64,000 nt of DNA from Vicugna vicugna (lineage: Eukaryota), in the NCBI GenBank assembly GCA_013265495.1, contig MU057487.1:806001-870000 (forward strand), written 5' to 3'. How positions within the stretch are numbered: the stretch's first letter is position 1; each line of letters opens with the position of its first letter. The notes under the pieces were generated by a model. The model was not told where the DNA came from, searched no databases, and saw only the letters and a program-made list of their open reading frames with translations. Below are positions 1 through 13,936 of this stretch, in pieces. The position numbers and the translations under genes are program-made.

Positions 1-485
1 TGTCCTGTATTTGCAATTTGAGTTTAAAAAGAACACAGTGACACCAGTCCCATGTGCTTTTTAAACTGGTGCCACCGGGACCACGGAGAGGTGACCCTCT
101 GCTGCCTCTGCCCTCCCAGGGGTGCAGTCTGGGCGGGCAGGTGGGTGCACAGGGCTCTCCCCTCTCCAATGTGGTACCAGGGTCGTGAGCCGGAGAGAGT
201 GCCCGTCCCTGAGCCTTGTCCGGTCCTCTCTTGGTATTTGCTGCGCCCAGTGGCCCTGATCCATCCATGTTTTTCTCTCCTCAACTTGAGGTTTATTTTC
301 ATATCACCAATTCTCACTCTGACACAGAAAGATTTTACCTCTGCCTGAAAGGAACCAAATGGGATAGTCGGAAGCACAAATAGAGAATTAAAAACCCCTT
401 AATTAATATGCCAAAGTCGACTCACGCCGCATTTAGCAATGCTAGATTATATTAAGCACCTTTGGGTTTTTAATGGTGAAATGAA

Positions 486-640
486 CACCCAGCTACATGA
501 TTTGCAGAGCCTCCTGTTCAAAAATTGTTAAGAATTTCAAGACGGTGATATCAACACTTTAAACAAAGAATGGGGTCCTTCTGAGTATGGGGTTCCACGT
601 GACAGTGCAGGTCACCATGTACCCATGAGGCTGGTCCTTG
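486..640 (-). mobile_element. MER45A-like hAT DNA transposon relic
   Basis: ccagctacatgatttgc ... ttcaaaaattgttaagaatttcaagacgg ... catgaggctggtcc resembles the recalled MER45A consensus (reverse strand). Confidence 0.75.
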
Positions 641-3600
641 TCACTGAGAGAGAATGTTCTTGAACATGTTAAGGAGTGGGGAAGGTTAATCAAAGTGCTT
701 TATATGTCTAAGAACATGACTTTTTCCTTAATGAGCTGGAGCCATCTCTCTTTCTGGGATGGGGAATGTTGTAAGGTCAATACTTAGGAATTAATAGAAT
801 TGTGGTGAGGTGGTATGGAAGGTCATCTTAGTCGCTGATATCCGAACTAGGAATTTGGAGGGGTTTTTTTAATATTCACAGCAAGACCTTGAAAGTCAAA
901 ATGCTGTTAGAGAAAATAACTTCCTAAATTCCTTCTTTGTTTACCAATCGGGAGGGAGGTTTGGCAGAGTAGACTTGACAGTATGAAATGTGTGCAGAGA
1001 AAGGAGAGAGAGGATAAGGCATTAAGAAAGTGGATACACAGAGGATAATGTAGGATTACAGGAAGAGAGCAAACACGGGAAGGGTGAGGGGGCCAGATGC
1101 CCAGGTATTGGGCCCCACTTCTGCACATTTGCCAGAACTTGAGGTGGGATGGAGTTCAAAATTATTAAGAATTTCAAAACAGCATCAGTGGAACATTAAA
1201 CCAACCTTGTTAATTTCTCTCTCTCTGTTTCCTGACATCCTTCCTTCTTTTCTAATTTCCTTCTTGATAGGGGTCAATGTTTATTAACACTATATTCCAT
1301 TTTGCAAAGAAAATGTGATTTATATCTCTTTAACTATACTGATTCCTCAGCAGCTTAAACCAACTTGAATTCAGAAAATTTTTTTTAAATGTATTAGTCC
1401 AACTTGGATATCGCACTCTGATCCAGTCTTTTTTAACCTGTCTCTCTAGACAGTGTAGACCTTGAGTGAAGAGGTCTAGGAGTCAGGAAGACTGAACCTC
1501 ACGTCCCGTGGCTTCTTCTGCTTCCTCATTAGTCTCACCTGAGGAATGGTGTGTGGGGGGATGCTGACAGACTGCTGAGCACTGAGATGCAGCTGGTTCC
1601 ATACGAAATACTTTGCAAGCAATTTGCTGGCACTCATCGCTGAAGTTCACGGTCAAATTCATGCTCACTGAGATGTGACAGATAGCTCTGCTGGCCCCCA
1701 GCATTCCTAGATCCGCTTGGAGGGTTGCATGGGCCCCTGAGGGTCGCTTCCATGCAAATGCAAGGAGACCACATCCTTCAAGATGACAGGCATGTAATAT
1801 GTCATGGAACAAATACAGGGAATGATAAAATGTGATAATTATGTAAAAGAGCCTAGCAAAGGTCCTGACAAATAGTAGATTCTCAGCACCATCAGCTTCC
1901 TTCCCTCTTTTCGTGAATTCTTTCCTTCCTTCTCTCTTTCCCTGCTGCTGCCTCCTATTGTGGAAGCCAAAGGGATGGATCGTTCCTCCTCCTGGCCCTT
2001 TGGCAGAGTCAGGGAGAAAAGTACTGATCAGTTTACTAGATGCTGTCTTGCCCAACAATGGTTCTTGAGCAAAGATGCGTAAATGGAGGGGACGCAGGGG
2101 ATACACAGTTACTGTAGGCAACGCTCTGCCCGACTCTCCCACAGTCTGATCCTGCTGTGGTGGTTCCTTTGCCCTGACTTGCTGAGTTCCTCTGGCGTCC
2201 CTTGAAATCTATACATCCCTTACATGTCTTTAATTGCCTATATCTTGCCTACTTAAAAAACAGTTTATTGAAAGTTCTGTTATGGAATTGTAAGTATTCT
2301 TTTATCTGTTGTAGGTAGTAATATATGTGAATAGAAAGGAAGCACTTTTTAAATTGGTTTTTAGCTTTCTGTCTTCCACCCAACTGGGACTTGCAATGTT
2401 ATATAGTCAGTGTGTCATTGTTTTTCTTTACAGAGGTCTAGGACTTCTTGTCATTTAAAGTAAGGTATCACTATCAAGAATTTAAAAGACATTTCCCCTT
2501 AATTTTATTTTAATGTTTGTAACTTTAATTTGTTTTATCTACTGTGAGAAATGAAGAACTGGTTTATTTTTTATTCCAAAAGCTTAGCTAGTTGCCCACT
2601 ATTATATATTGAATGTTCTACTTTTACCCATTGATTTTAAAAGCCACTTTTATCCTACACTCATTTCCAATTTGAACTTGTGTTTGGTTTTGGACTGTTT
2701 TTTCTTCCACTGTTTTTCTTGTCCTATTCAGATACCATTCAGCTTTAATTATTATGAATTTATAGTTTGTTTTGATTTTTTAAGAATAAAATCCACCTGA
2801 TACTCTTGTTTCCATATTTTCTTGACATATGTTTTTTGAGTAAATATTTTTATTAGTATTTTCTTTGAACTCATATTTGTAATTACTTATCCTTTATTAC
2901 ATACATAAAAAGGTTTAGTCCTCATCTTTGTCGTCTTTGTTCAATTTAACACAGCTTCCCCTCTCTTAAGGATTTTATTTTGATTCATCTTTCATTCAGA
3001 TGGAGTATGCATTCCAAAATTTTATTCACTTAGAATATATATGTGGTATATTTGGGTTAACTTGGGTTATTGAGGTCTATTTTTCTTTATATACGATTGT
3101 TATGTGAATAATAATTTGGCTACATATGGAATAAATGGATAATACACTTTTTGTTTAGACACAATAAGCAATGCTTGATTATCTCCTGGTTTTAGTGTTT
3201 CAGACACTCATTCTGAAGCCTTTACTCTCCTCCCTGTCTGAAGCTCTGACTCTGTCTCCACTCTCTGCTTCATTTTTCTCCATACACTGAGTATGAAGCA
3301 GCCAGCATCCCATCCACTTAGTGTATTCATTAGTAGATGGAAAAATATTACCTTCTAGATGTTTTCTTTCTCCAGGGCTTTTGTTCACATATGTATTTCT
3401 TATGTTCCTATGTTGTTCCAATCTACAGTTATTTTCATTAAGTTAATACACAATGCAAATTACAAGACTCTCTTGCTAGTCCTCCTCTACTTCACTTTAT
3501 TCTTTAAAATTGGAACTGTAGTCCTCCAAAGGCTATAGAAAAATGCTGATAGCAATGCTAATAAATAGATAAATAGATGTGATTTTTAAAGGGAAGCAAA

Positions 3601-5244
3601 CAAGAACTTTGCTATTTCAAAAACTGTGTTCATGTGATAGATGACTGCCTGGTTTTCTAGTTGGTAGAAATCTTTTCTCTCTGGGCTGGGGGCAGACATC
3701 TATTTTTCTATCTCCCTAATTCCCAGGTGGAAGGGCTGAGTCAACACCTGCTTGCATATTAGGCATTAGAGTAAGTTATTTCTGACAAGATAAAGTATAT
3801 TGCTATTTTTTTCTTTTCTTGGTGCTTTCCAAGCATACATAATTTAATTTTTAATTTCTTTCCTCTTCCAATTCCTGTTCAGTATTTACATATTAATCCT
3901 TTGCTTTTCACTATAAGTACTTAAGAAATATGTCCATAAAACATTCTTTGTTCCCTTCTATTGCTTGATTTAGGGTAATGTACTGGAGACACATCTGCAT
4001 TTATTTTCCTTCCCCTGCTCCATCTTCTGCACCTTAAGTCTCCTCACTGTTTTTCCTTCCATTTTTTTGATGCTTTTTTATTTGTTTCTTATTGAACATT
4101 GACTTTCCTACTCTGCCTTATTACATATATTCTTCTCTCCCTTTCCTGTTATCTCTGGAGGCAATTACATTAGTCATTTCTTCAAAGTAAATCAGCCAAT
4201 CAGAGCCTCTCAGCATGATGTTTAAAGTTCAGATTTTTACATAAGCACATCATTTTCCCCATAAAGTATTCCCATTTTTTTTCCAGTTTGGATTCTAAGT
4301 AAATAGCACCAAGGTTCTTTGTCATCAGTCAGTTAAAAATGTATTGGGTAGCATGAAGAGCGGAGTTATAAAACAAAGATGTCTTCTCTCTTCGTTCCCT
4401 TGGCAGCGATAACACTGCTACTGGGCCACATGTAGCCCCATCGGGTACTTTTGGCTCCTTGAAAGAAGCAAGTATATTACTGCTCTCCTCTTGAAATATG
4501 TATTGCTCTTGGCAGCCTTTCTCTATGTGTCCCAGTGCTTTCATTTGTCTCTGAATAGACAGGGAAAACACACACATTGGGATCAATAGTTTTCTCTAGT
4601 TGCCATCTATCCGTCCAAATAAAAAACGTATTAGCTTTTATTTCTGATTTACTTTTGAAACACAATATTATTGTCAAATCCAGAGTTTCTTAAACTGTGG
4701 GGTGCAGGCACACCAGCATCAACACCACCCAACCTGTTTCCCAGACCCCAGCCCAGCTGCCTTGAGTCTCTGCGCAGAGCCTGCAGTCAGATCTCTTGAA
4801 ACAAGCACTCTCCCACCCAGTGACGTCTTTTTCTCTTTAAGCAGTGTTTTCAAGGTATATGCCATGACAAATTATTTTCCAACATTCCATAACGTTTTTT
4901 CCAAAATGGAAATATTTTCATTCTCAGTTCTTTATTAACATTATATATACTTTCAGTAAATTATGTATGCTTTTAGTAAATCAAACCCAAACACTGTTAA
5001 AATATTTAAATTAGTAAGTAAAATTTCCCTATGATTCTACTACCCAGACAATCATAGTAAATGATGTCTCTAATCCTAAACATTTTTCTTATAAACATAT
5101 GTAAACCTATTATACATAATCTATACCAAAAGTAAGATCATACAATACTCATCATTCTGTATTTTTTCCCTAACCATGGATATTTCTTACACTAATATTT
5201 ATTGATCTACTTTGTACTCCATTGTTTGAAGGTAACAATAACTA

Positions 5245-5450
5245 CAGTTGACCCTTGAATGACAGGCTTGAACTGTCCAGGTCCACTTATAAGTACTTTT
5301 TTTTTTTTAAATAAATACAGAACTATGTTTGTGATCTGCCCTTGGTTGAATCCTCATATAAGGAGGGCCAACTATGGGACTTGAGTCTCCCCAGATTTTG
5401 GTATAAGTGGCCAGTTCTGGGACCAATCCCCCACCTGAGGAGCGGCAGTG
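5245..5450 (+). mobile_element. Tigger2/MER2-type TcMar non-autonomous DNA transposon
   Basis: ta|CAGTTGACCCTTGAA terminal sequence; ttggttgaatcc and ggaccaatccccc internal motifs. Confidence 0.7.
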
Positions 5451-6548
5451 TGCTTCACTGCTGCACGGTTAGTGTGAAAATGAGGGTCCTTCCAGTAGGT
5501 TCTCGCCAGGCCAGGGGGCCTCTTGTTCACTCAGGAGGAGGACGGAAGTCAGTTCTTCCTGTGGCTCCACTGGGCAGGGAAACTGCCTTGTTTACTTCAG
5601 AGCAGGTGTAGCAGTCAGAGTTCTACCCGCAGGCCCTAGGTGGGAAGGGCATCCCACCTGTTACTGCAGTGGCAGAAGTGAAGTCCGGATTCCAGCTCAT
5701 CTATGTAACTCTGACCATTCAGGTTTTTGCTGAAATCTCTGTCCACTGGTTACTCTTTTCCTGATCTTTTGTAATTGTGACTTAAGCTATTAATTATAAA
5801 ACAATTTTTTATTTTCCTTGCGGCATAGTCATAGGAAGAAGAGGGTATAAATATATGTAGCCATTTAGTTATTATAACCTAGAATTCAAATATGAAAAAT
5901 ATTAAAATTTGAACATGACTATATTCTAAAATATCTTATTAATTTATGTTTATATTAGCAAAAAAATCTTTCTTCATAAGCATGCTGTAATTAAGCATTT
6001 TGATGATCTTTTAGAATTATGTGGAACACAGTAAAGTCCATAAAAATGTCAAATATACATCATTTACATGCAGTCACAAGAAAATACCAAATGCAAAAAT
6101 AATTCAATGTTCTATGATGAGGTATCAAAAATAGTTATATTTATATATATATATAATATTTCATTCATTCATAAACTTTAAGGGAGAAACCAACCAATGT
6201 ATTAAATCAAAAAATTCTAAGAAAATTGTCATAACTTTAGTCATTATGTTTTAGATATATAATACCACACGTTTATCCCTGTGTATTTTTTGTAACAGCT
6301 TTATTGAAATACACGTCACATACCACACAGTTCACCTATTTAAAGTGTACAGTTCAATGGTGTTTAACAATCAAAGCATTCTTAATTGAAGTGTGTTCCC
6401 ACTGATCAGCTGGAAACAGATGATATTTGTTGAATTGGTCTAACGAGTTCTTATGGCTACGTAAGACTTTTCCTTCTTAGGAATCTAGTAGCCTCTTCAA
6501 AAACTTTTTTTTGAAATCTAAGTATAAGAAGGGAGCTCCTATTACTGT

Positions 6549-6855
6549 TTTTTTTATTGTAGTAAAACATATATTTTTAACATAACATTTACCGTTTTAA
6601 CCATTATAAATGTACAATTCAGCGATATGTAGTTTTACAAGGCTGTGCAATCATCGCCACTATTTATCTCCACAACTTTTTTATCATCCCCGACGGAAAT
6701 TCTGCATCCATTAAACAATATCTTCTCATTCCTCTCTCTTCCAGACCCTGGTAATCTCTATTATACTTTATATCTCTATAAATCAGATTTTTCCAGGTAT
6801 ATTGTGTGAGTGGAATTATACAATATTTGTCTTTTGTATCTGGTTTATTTCACTA
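6549..6855 (-). mobile_element. Old L1 (L1MB-like) 3' end
   Basis: poly-T, then ttaccgttttaaccatt...tgtacaattcag...gtggaattatacaatatttgtc. Confidence 0.75.
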
Positions 6856-7925
6856 TGCTTTCTTTTAGATCATTTCACTTAAAACTAGAAGGAAGAGCTA
6901 AATACTTGTGCTTTTTAACCCTGTCTTGCCCTGCATCATCTATTAGGAAAGAAAAAAAAGTCATGTAACCACTAAATAAGGTAGTATGAGTTCAGTTACA
7001 AGTGTAAAAAACGAAAACATTTTTTACTCTGTTGTTCTCATCTACCTAGGAAAAGTATCCTGCCCCTCGAATCTTGAGTTTAGTTGTCACCTTCTTGTGA
7101 AGACATCCCCCAAGCAAAATTAGTCACACTTTCCTTTTGGTCCTAGAGCATTTTAAATATATTACATTTTATGTTGTTTGCTTATATACCTTCCCTCACT
7201 AGACTATAAGCAACTCAATAGTATCGGTATAGGCCATGTGTTATGTGGGTTCACAACGCTTACATCACTGCTGAAACTATTTCTTGGGCAAAAGAATGAA
7301 CTCATAATAAAATTTCACATCTAAAACCAAAGTTTAAAAAAATGTGAGTTAATAATCAGTAATTTTATCATTTGTCTCAAGCTTTTAATTATGAAGTAAT
7401 ACATATACAGGTAAATGTATAATGAGTTTATTAAATAAATTATTAACTTTATGTTAAAAATAGATCTTTAATTAGGAATAGGAGTAATATGGTCATTGGA
7501 AGTATAAGATCACTGAGCCTATGAGGATAAATAATGATTACTAAAGTTATATTTGTAGAATTTGCATTATGATTGTATTAAGTTATTTAATTATGCCCAA
7601 ACTTATCCATACTTGTATGATGTTTTGGTTTTGTTATTTGAAACACTTTAATTTACTGCAATATGTAGGATGGGGTGCTCAAGAATATGCTAAAGAACCT
7701 CATAAATAATGACACTATTGATACAAAGTTCTGTAATTACATTAAATAAAATAATAAGCTAAAATTCTCAGCCAGAGCAGTGTTGAATACCAGTATGTCA
7801 GTCATTGGATGTAAGAAGCTAATAAAATTATAAAGCAATAAATAATAATGTCAACAGTGTACAGTAATGTATATGAAAAAATAATATAAATCATTGATGG
7901 TATGTTCCTTTCTTCTCATTTTTAG

Positions 7926-8065
7926 GGTTGCTGGAGAAAGATAACTATTGATGACTTTCTGCCTTTTGATGAAGAAAACAATCTCCTGCTTCCTGCGACA
8001 ACCTATGAATTTGAACTTTGGCCAATGCTTTTATCTAAAGCTATCATTAAGCTGGCAAATGTTGA
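7926..8065 (+). CDS. ADGB: ADGB exon ~6 (140 nt), calpain catalytic-like domain: GCWRKITIDDFLPFDEENNLLLPATTYEFELWPMLLSKAIIKLANV
   Basis: tttag|GGT ... GA|gtaggt; calpain W-x-x-I-x-IDD-x-LP and LW-x-x-LL-x-KA-x-x-KL motifs. Confidence 0.96.
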
Positions 8066-10606
8066 GTAGGTAGAATGAAGAATTATCACTTACTTTTATA
8101 AAAACAAAACAAACAAAAAAACCAACAGTAACTATAACTATACGTCTATATTGCACACCCTTAATTTTTTAAAAAATCAGATTTAAAAAGCCTTCTTTCC
8201 AAACAGTGTAAACTTCCTAATATAAAAATAAACATGCCAAAGCCACTGATTTGAAGTATTGCGTTAGCCAGCGATAATAAAAGTTCCCTCAAGAATACTC
8301 AAAATTTATTCTCGATCCAGTGTTTCCTTATGATAATTTAAAAGTCAATCATGGAAAATAGTTTAATGGGAGAAAGAAGTTGTTTTGTATGGGGAAATGT
8401 TGGTTCATCTAAACACAGAATAATGTATACTGGAATCCAGTGAACATTTCAGGCTCTGTACCTGCAGCAATTACCTACTCATCTTGAAAACCTGAACTCT
8501 TCTCAAGGCTGTCAACGTGCTCCTCACACTTTTGGTAACATTAGTCCTTTTTAATATATTCATGTTGGAAACTACTCGTGTTTCCTTCAATATTCCTGTG
8601 AAATGTGTTCATGTCTTGTATTCTCGCATGACTTGTGCAGGAGACATATATGAGACACGTCTACTAGGTTTATTCTCTCAGCTGCCACTTGCAGAGACCT
8701 GTGGTCACTGCATCCCCGCCTTAGCCACCCAAAAAAAGCTTTGATGCCTGAGTTGCAAGTAAGTGCAAGGCAACTTTGTGTCGGTGCTCAGTGGGAGAGC
8801 TCTCCCACACAATGCACTCACTTGAATTTGATACCCTTCTCCTTCCTGCAGTGTATCACAGCCTCTCCTTTTCAATAGAACACACCCGCTGGCTTTAACA
8901 GGTCACCCCAGACATTTGCTCAAAGCTCAGCCCCTCCCCGTCTGTTGTTACACACAGCAATGTCAGTCAGAAGCCTGGTCTGCTTCTCTGTGAATTTTCT
9001 TTTGGCTCAGCTTCCTCTTTCTCTCCCAAAGTTACACAACAAAAACAGCCATTCCAGCTGCCATCCTCTTCATCTTTCTTTTCTCTTACTAACCCTGAAT
9101 TTTCTATTGAGAATTTGTTTTACCCAGCTTGCAACCCTTAATTTCAATCATTTTTTAAAAGCTCAGCCCATGTCGTTTTAGGTAGCTGAATACTACTAAG
9201 TATTTAAAATGGTGTTGACTACGTTTGTTTATTTTGAAAGAAAATAATGTTCCTAATTCTCAGACCTAACTCGAAGTTCAGCAAATTAGAGCTGCAAGGC
9301 CAGTGAAGCAGTAAATGTGTGACCTGGATAATTGGGGTGGCATTTTATCTTTCTTAAAGCCATAGTTCAGTAGAATTTTATAACAACTTGAGTCATAGAA
9401 TTACTGCTATTTTTGAAAAGTAAACAAATTCAGCTTGGAAATAAAGGACCAGAATTAATGTGAGACATTTCTTAGGCTTTCCAGTGGAAATCTGCACAAC
9501 GTGGTCCAATTTATATTTGTCCAAACATTTTTTTCTCAGATTTTATAGTATATAAAATCTATTTTCATGTGAGTTTTTGCTTCTTACCTTAAAAATTAAT
9601 ATTGAGTGGTTATTTAAATATCACTGTGAGATATGCAAAGGAAAAAGCATTATTTTTATTAGGTTTGTACAGTCACTTCCTAAAAATGATTATTTAAAGA
9701 GTTTAGACTGTGAACTGTCCTACAGAATATTTATCTTTGAGATACGTAGACACATCAAAGTTTATAATCTGTAAACAACAAACCAATGTAAATTTCTAAA
9801 TGATGGAGCATGTGACTAAGATGGTAAAATTTCTTTCTGAAGAAAAAGATATGTATGTTGGTCAATACCATCAATCACCACCCTTGGCATAAGGTGGACT
9901 GAAGCTCTGATTCCTGAGTAGAAAACAATTTTAATGTATGTGTGTTGATATAAATAGGCTAATCAGAAAAAAAACTTAAAAAATAAAAGGGTTAAAATGA
10001 GAAGAGTGATATTTGGTCAACCACAACCTCATTTGATTTTACGTGAGGGTGGCAGGTTCACTCTTTTGTACAGGATAGAAGGGATGATTCTGGTTTCTCC
10101 AAAATTATCTAAGGATCTAATTAAAGATATCTGATGCCCATATAGTCCTGCCACGTGTGAGACTGACATAATACGCAGCCTTACAGACGTCTTAGAATAA
10201 TTCCTGAAAGCAGAAAGATGAAAGACACTGTCCTATTTTTAAAAGAACATGATTACTATATTGAAAATATAAAATAGATTATATATCATCTCTCTATATT
10301 TCATAATATATAATATGTATAGATATGTTTTAAGTATGTGACAGTGTTTTACATATATGACATTTTAAAGTGAAGCTTATAAGCATGTTTTTTAATAGAT
10401 ATGAAATTTTATCATGGGATCTATTTAAGTGCCTTAGCAAAACAAGTCATCTGGCTGGTGGAAAAGTATTTTCTTGTCCTCTAATATAACCAGTAGGACC
10501 CCTACATTTATTATTGTATCATTGCATATTAGACATTCCTATTTCTTATGTATCTCTCTGTGTCTTCAAGTGTTATTAACTGTACAATTGCCCTTTTTTT
10601 TTTTAG

Positions 10607-10693
10607 CATCCACGTAGCAGAGAGGCGAGAACTGGGAGAGTTCATGGTGATTCATGCACTCACGGGATGGTTACCAGAAGTCATTTCTCTCCA
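10607..10693 (+). CDS. ADGB: ADGB exon ~7 (87 nt): IHVAERRELGEFMVIHALTGWLPEVISL
   Basis: poly-T ag|C ... CA|gtacgt; calpain-like ALTG motif. Confidence 0.95.
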
Positions 10694-11039
10694 GTACGTT
10701 TCACCCTTTAAGTTATTTTTGCTTCTTTCTTCCCCAGTAAGGTTACTTTAACTAAAATATTCTTAATCTTTAAGAAAATTTCAAAAATTGTCACATTTTA
10801 TAAGATGTTTGGAGAATAACATTTTATAGTATTATATAAAATTTTTTAAGAAGTCCAGGATAAAATTTTTTCCTTATATATACTATAAATTTAATCCTTA
10901 AGCATCTGAATTACAAATATTAAAACAATGTTATTTATTATGGTAATGTATTTACAGCTGTCCCTTTATACTTATTCACTTACTCAATACAGAAACATGA
11001 AAGCAACTTTTAACTAACCACTTGTACTAGGGAATAAAT

Positions 11040-11280
11040 AATAATAAAATGTCTATTAGGCATTAGGTATTTTAATATATTACTTCTAATTAAAGCCCAC
11101 AGTCCTGAAAAGATTATCTTCTTTAATCGTCCATATGACCCTATCAGCTAGGTATATGTTATCAGAAATGAGGAAACGGAAGCTCAGAGTAGTTGAATTC
11201 CCTAAAGCTGTGTACATTGTACCAGGAGGAGATAAAAATGGAATCTAAGTCTTGCGGGGTCCAAAGCCACCAGTCTTTCT
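11040..11280 (-). mobile_element. MIR SINE
   Basis: atgaggaaacggaagctcagag core. Confidence 0.65.
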
Positions 11281-12269
11281 CTCATATGATTCTAGATATA
11301 CAGAGATTGCTTATCTATGTCCAAAAAAGAGAGAACATTTAAAGTAATGCTTACTTAAAATTTCACAAATACTTTTGTTTTATACATAAAGGTTATAGAC
11401 ATAATTTGATCATGTTGCCACTGACGCTGGAAATTAATCAGGTTAAGGTGCATAGAAAACAGTTATATCAATAGATCTGAGCATACTGTCAATCCAGATG
11501 CTGATTTTTACAAGGTCAAATCCACAATAATCAATTTGGATCAACTCTGATCTTTGATATTAGAAAGCTACCATTCCTAGGGTCCAAGTTAAAGGAGCTT
11601 GAAGACAGGTCCTTGTAACTTGGATTCACCATCTAAATCATCTTTTCAGAAGGATAAGCTAGCCATTGCTTGGTTCAAATAAAAATATTTACAAGTAAAA
11701 AATGGGAAGGTAGACAACTACCTGGAAGGACCACTTTCTCAAAAGAGGGCTGATCTTGCTCTTTACCTGTGGGGAAGGGTCCAGATGGCATCCTTTAGAG
11801 GTCTCATGGAAAATTCTTTTCTGATATCTAAGAAAAGAGAAAATTCCTTGACATAATATGGACAATGTTAGTGGAGAGAAGCTGAGAGAGAATGGGATTT
11901 CTAAATACAGACTTTTCTAAATTTTTATCTTCAGTGTTGATGGAACGCGTACAGCTTTGCCTTAATTCTTTCTGCAATGAAGATATCAGAAACATGAAAA
12001 TATCAGAGGTCTGTCAGAGGGTGGTAAAGAAACAGGGGAGCAAAATAATTCATGACTAGAAAATCAGTAAATTAAAAATTGTGGATTGTCTCTTGCTAGA
12101 ATCATACAGTGAAATCATACATGAAAATTGAAAACAATATTCATATACTTTCAGAATCAGAAGACCAGTTTAATCATTAAATTGAATTAACATTTTGAAG
12201 AATTGTAGATGGTCAACTTGCATGAATTTGTGGTTGCTTATGAAATGTCTATGAAAATGATATAAAGGG

Positions 12270-12490
12270 GAAAAGCTTGAGCTTTAGAATTAGATCCATA
12301 TAGCTGGACTTACATTCTTATACTCCAATTTGAAGCTATGTGAATTTTGCTAGTAATATAACTTCTTTGGGCCCTAGTTTTTTCATATTTAAAATGCGGA
12401 TAAAATGACTTATCATATATGATTTTTCTGAGATTAAGTGAGTAGATGAGCGTTTCAGAAAAAGTAGCTAGTATATGGTAGAGACATAAC
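12270..12490 (+). mobile_element. MIR SINE
   Basis: tgtgaatttt...acttctttgggccctagttttttcatatttaaaatg core. Confidence 0.6.
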
Positions 12491-13936
12491 TGGTGGAAGT
12501 TTCTTTCCCTCTAACGAGTATCACTAGATTATCTAATATTTAGAAATACATATAGTAGTTAACAGTCAACCTTCAGAAACAGGGAAAAGTCTGAAAAATA
12601 AGTGAGACTGACTCAGCTGTTCAAATCTATCATTTTTCTTCTAAATATAACCAAAAATAAAAGATATACACTATCTTTGATCTATGTCATGATTTGTAGG
12701 ATTTTTTGTTATAAACATTCTGCCACATTATTCATACACTTTAAAATTACAATTGTACTACAAAATTACAAAGTTAATTCATGTGTATATATATGTATAA
12801 TTTTAAATGAAAATAATGCCATGAAACAGTATATAAGTGATTGTCAAGAAATGTTTCATTTGAACTCACCATCTGCCAGGGATGCAGGCAGAAGTCAGGT
12901 GCGGCTTCATGAAGAAAGTTTCCACTTGGTCTGGGCCTTTAATGTTGCCTGAGTTTGATTTGAAGGGAAGGAAGGAAGGGACATGGAAGCCAGGAGAACA
13001 GTATGATCAAAGCCATGGTACGTTCAGGAGTGGGATGCTTCTATTACTAAGAAAGATTAGAGTGTGCAGAACAGCCCCTGGGGGGCTTAGCCAGGCATGG
13101 CCGTGGTTTCACAGAGGTCGAGGAAAATTAGAGTATTCAAGTTTCAAACTTATGTACACTACTGAACTTTTCCATATGAAAATCAATTAAGGCGAAGTGT
13201 TTTGTGGCATCTCCAACAGACAACCCTTTCCCTCCCACTCTCCCACAGGAGAACCAAAGGGAGACGTTGCTCTATTCGCAGTTATTGACTTTGCCTCTTA
13301 CATTTCCCTGCAGTTAGCACTGTTTCATCATTAGGGAAAAAAAAACCTTCTAACTCCATGTAATAATAGAAACACAGAGTGGATATTAGAAGTCTCACAA
13401 TTTCAAATCAAGTGATGACTCTTTAAACCACAAATTCTCTGATCTTGGTGTAGTTCATTTGTGAATAGAGCACTTCGCCCCCTATATCTAAGCCTAACTG
13501 TCCAATAAGTTATATAGCTTCATCCTGTGGTGTTTGAATATTTCTTTTTTGTAGCATAATACTTTTTATATGGTAGATGAAGGGAAAAAACAAACAAAAA
13601 AAATGGGTTTTGGATTCAGAAAGATCTGTTTTAACCCTGATTCTATCATTTGCTAGTTGTGTGACTGCTTAACATCTTAACGTCTTAAATGTCAATCAGG
13701 ATTGTAAATACCTATGTTGCAGAGCTGTTGTGGGAGTAACTGCAAAAATAAAAACTCTGTCTTGGCAACCACTAGCTGGCCACCCACATTTTCATTCTGT
13801 TCCTCAAATGTACCAAACTCATTGTCCCTTAGGGTCTTCACATGAGCTGTTCTTTCCTTATTCCTGGAATGATCTTGCACCAGATATTTACTGGATATGT
13901 CATGACATTTAGATCTCACCAAGCTTAAATATCAAC

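Noticed and set aside
1483..2142. Longest ORF in the track (219 aa, minus strand)
   Set aside because: Non-ATG start, no recognisable domain, runs through low-complexity and MIR-like sequence; expected by chance
4200..4680. Overlapping short minus-strand ORFs in unique-looking sequence, considered as a processed pseudogene
   Set aside because: No protein family recognised, no poly-A or TSD; cannot be supported without a search
1..7925. Search for the preceding ADGB exon or an internal promoter in the GC-richer first 350 bp
   Set aside because: No ADGB-like coding exon or CpG island found; treated as intron
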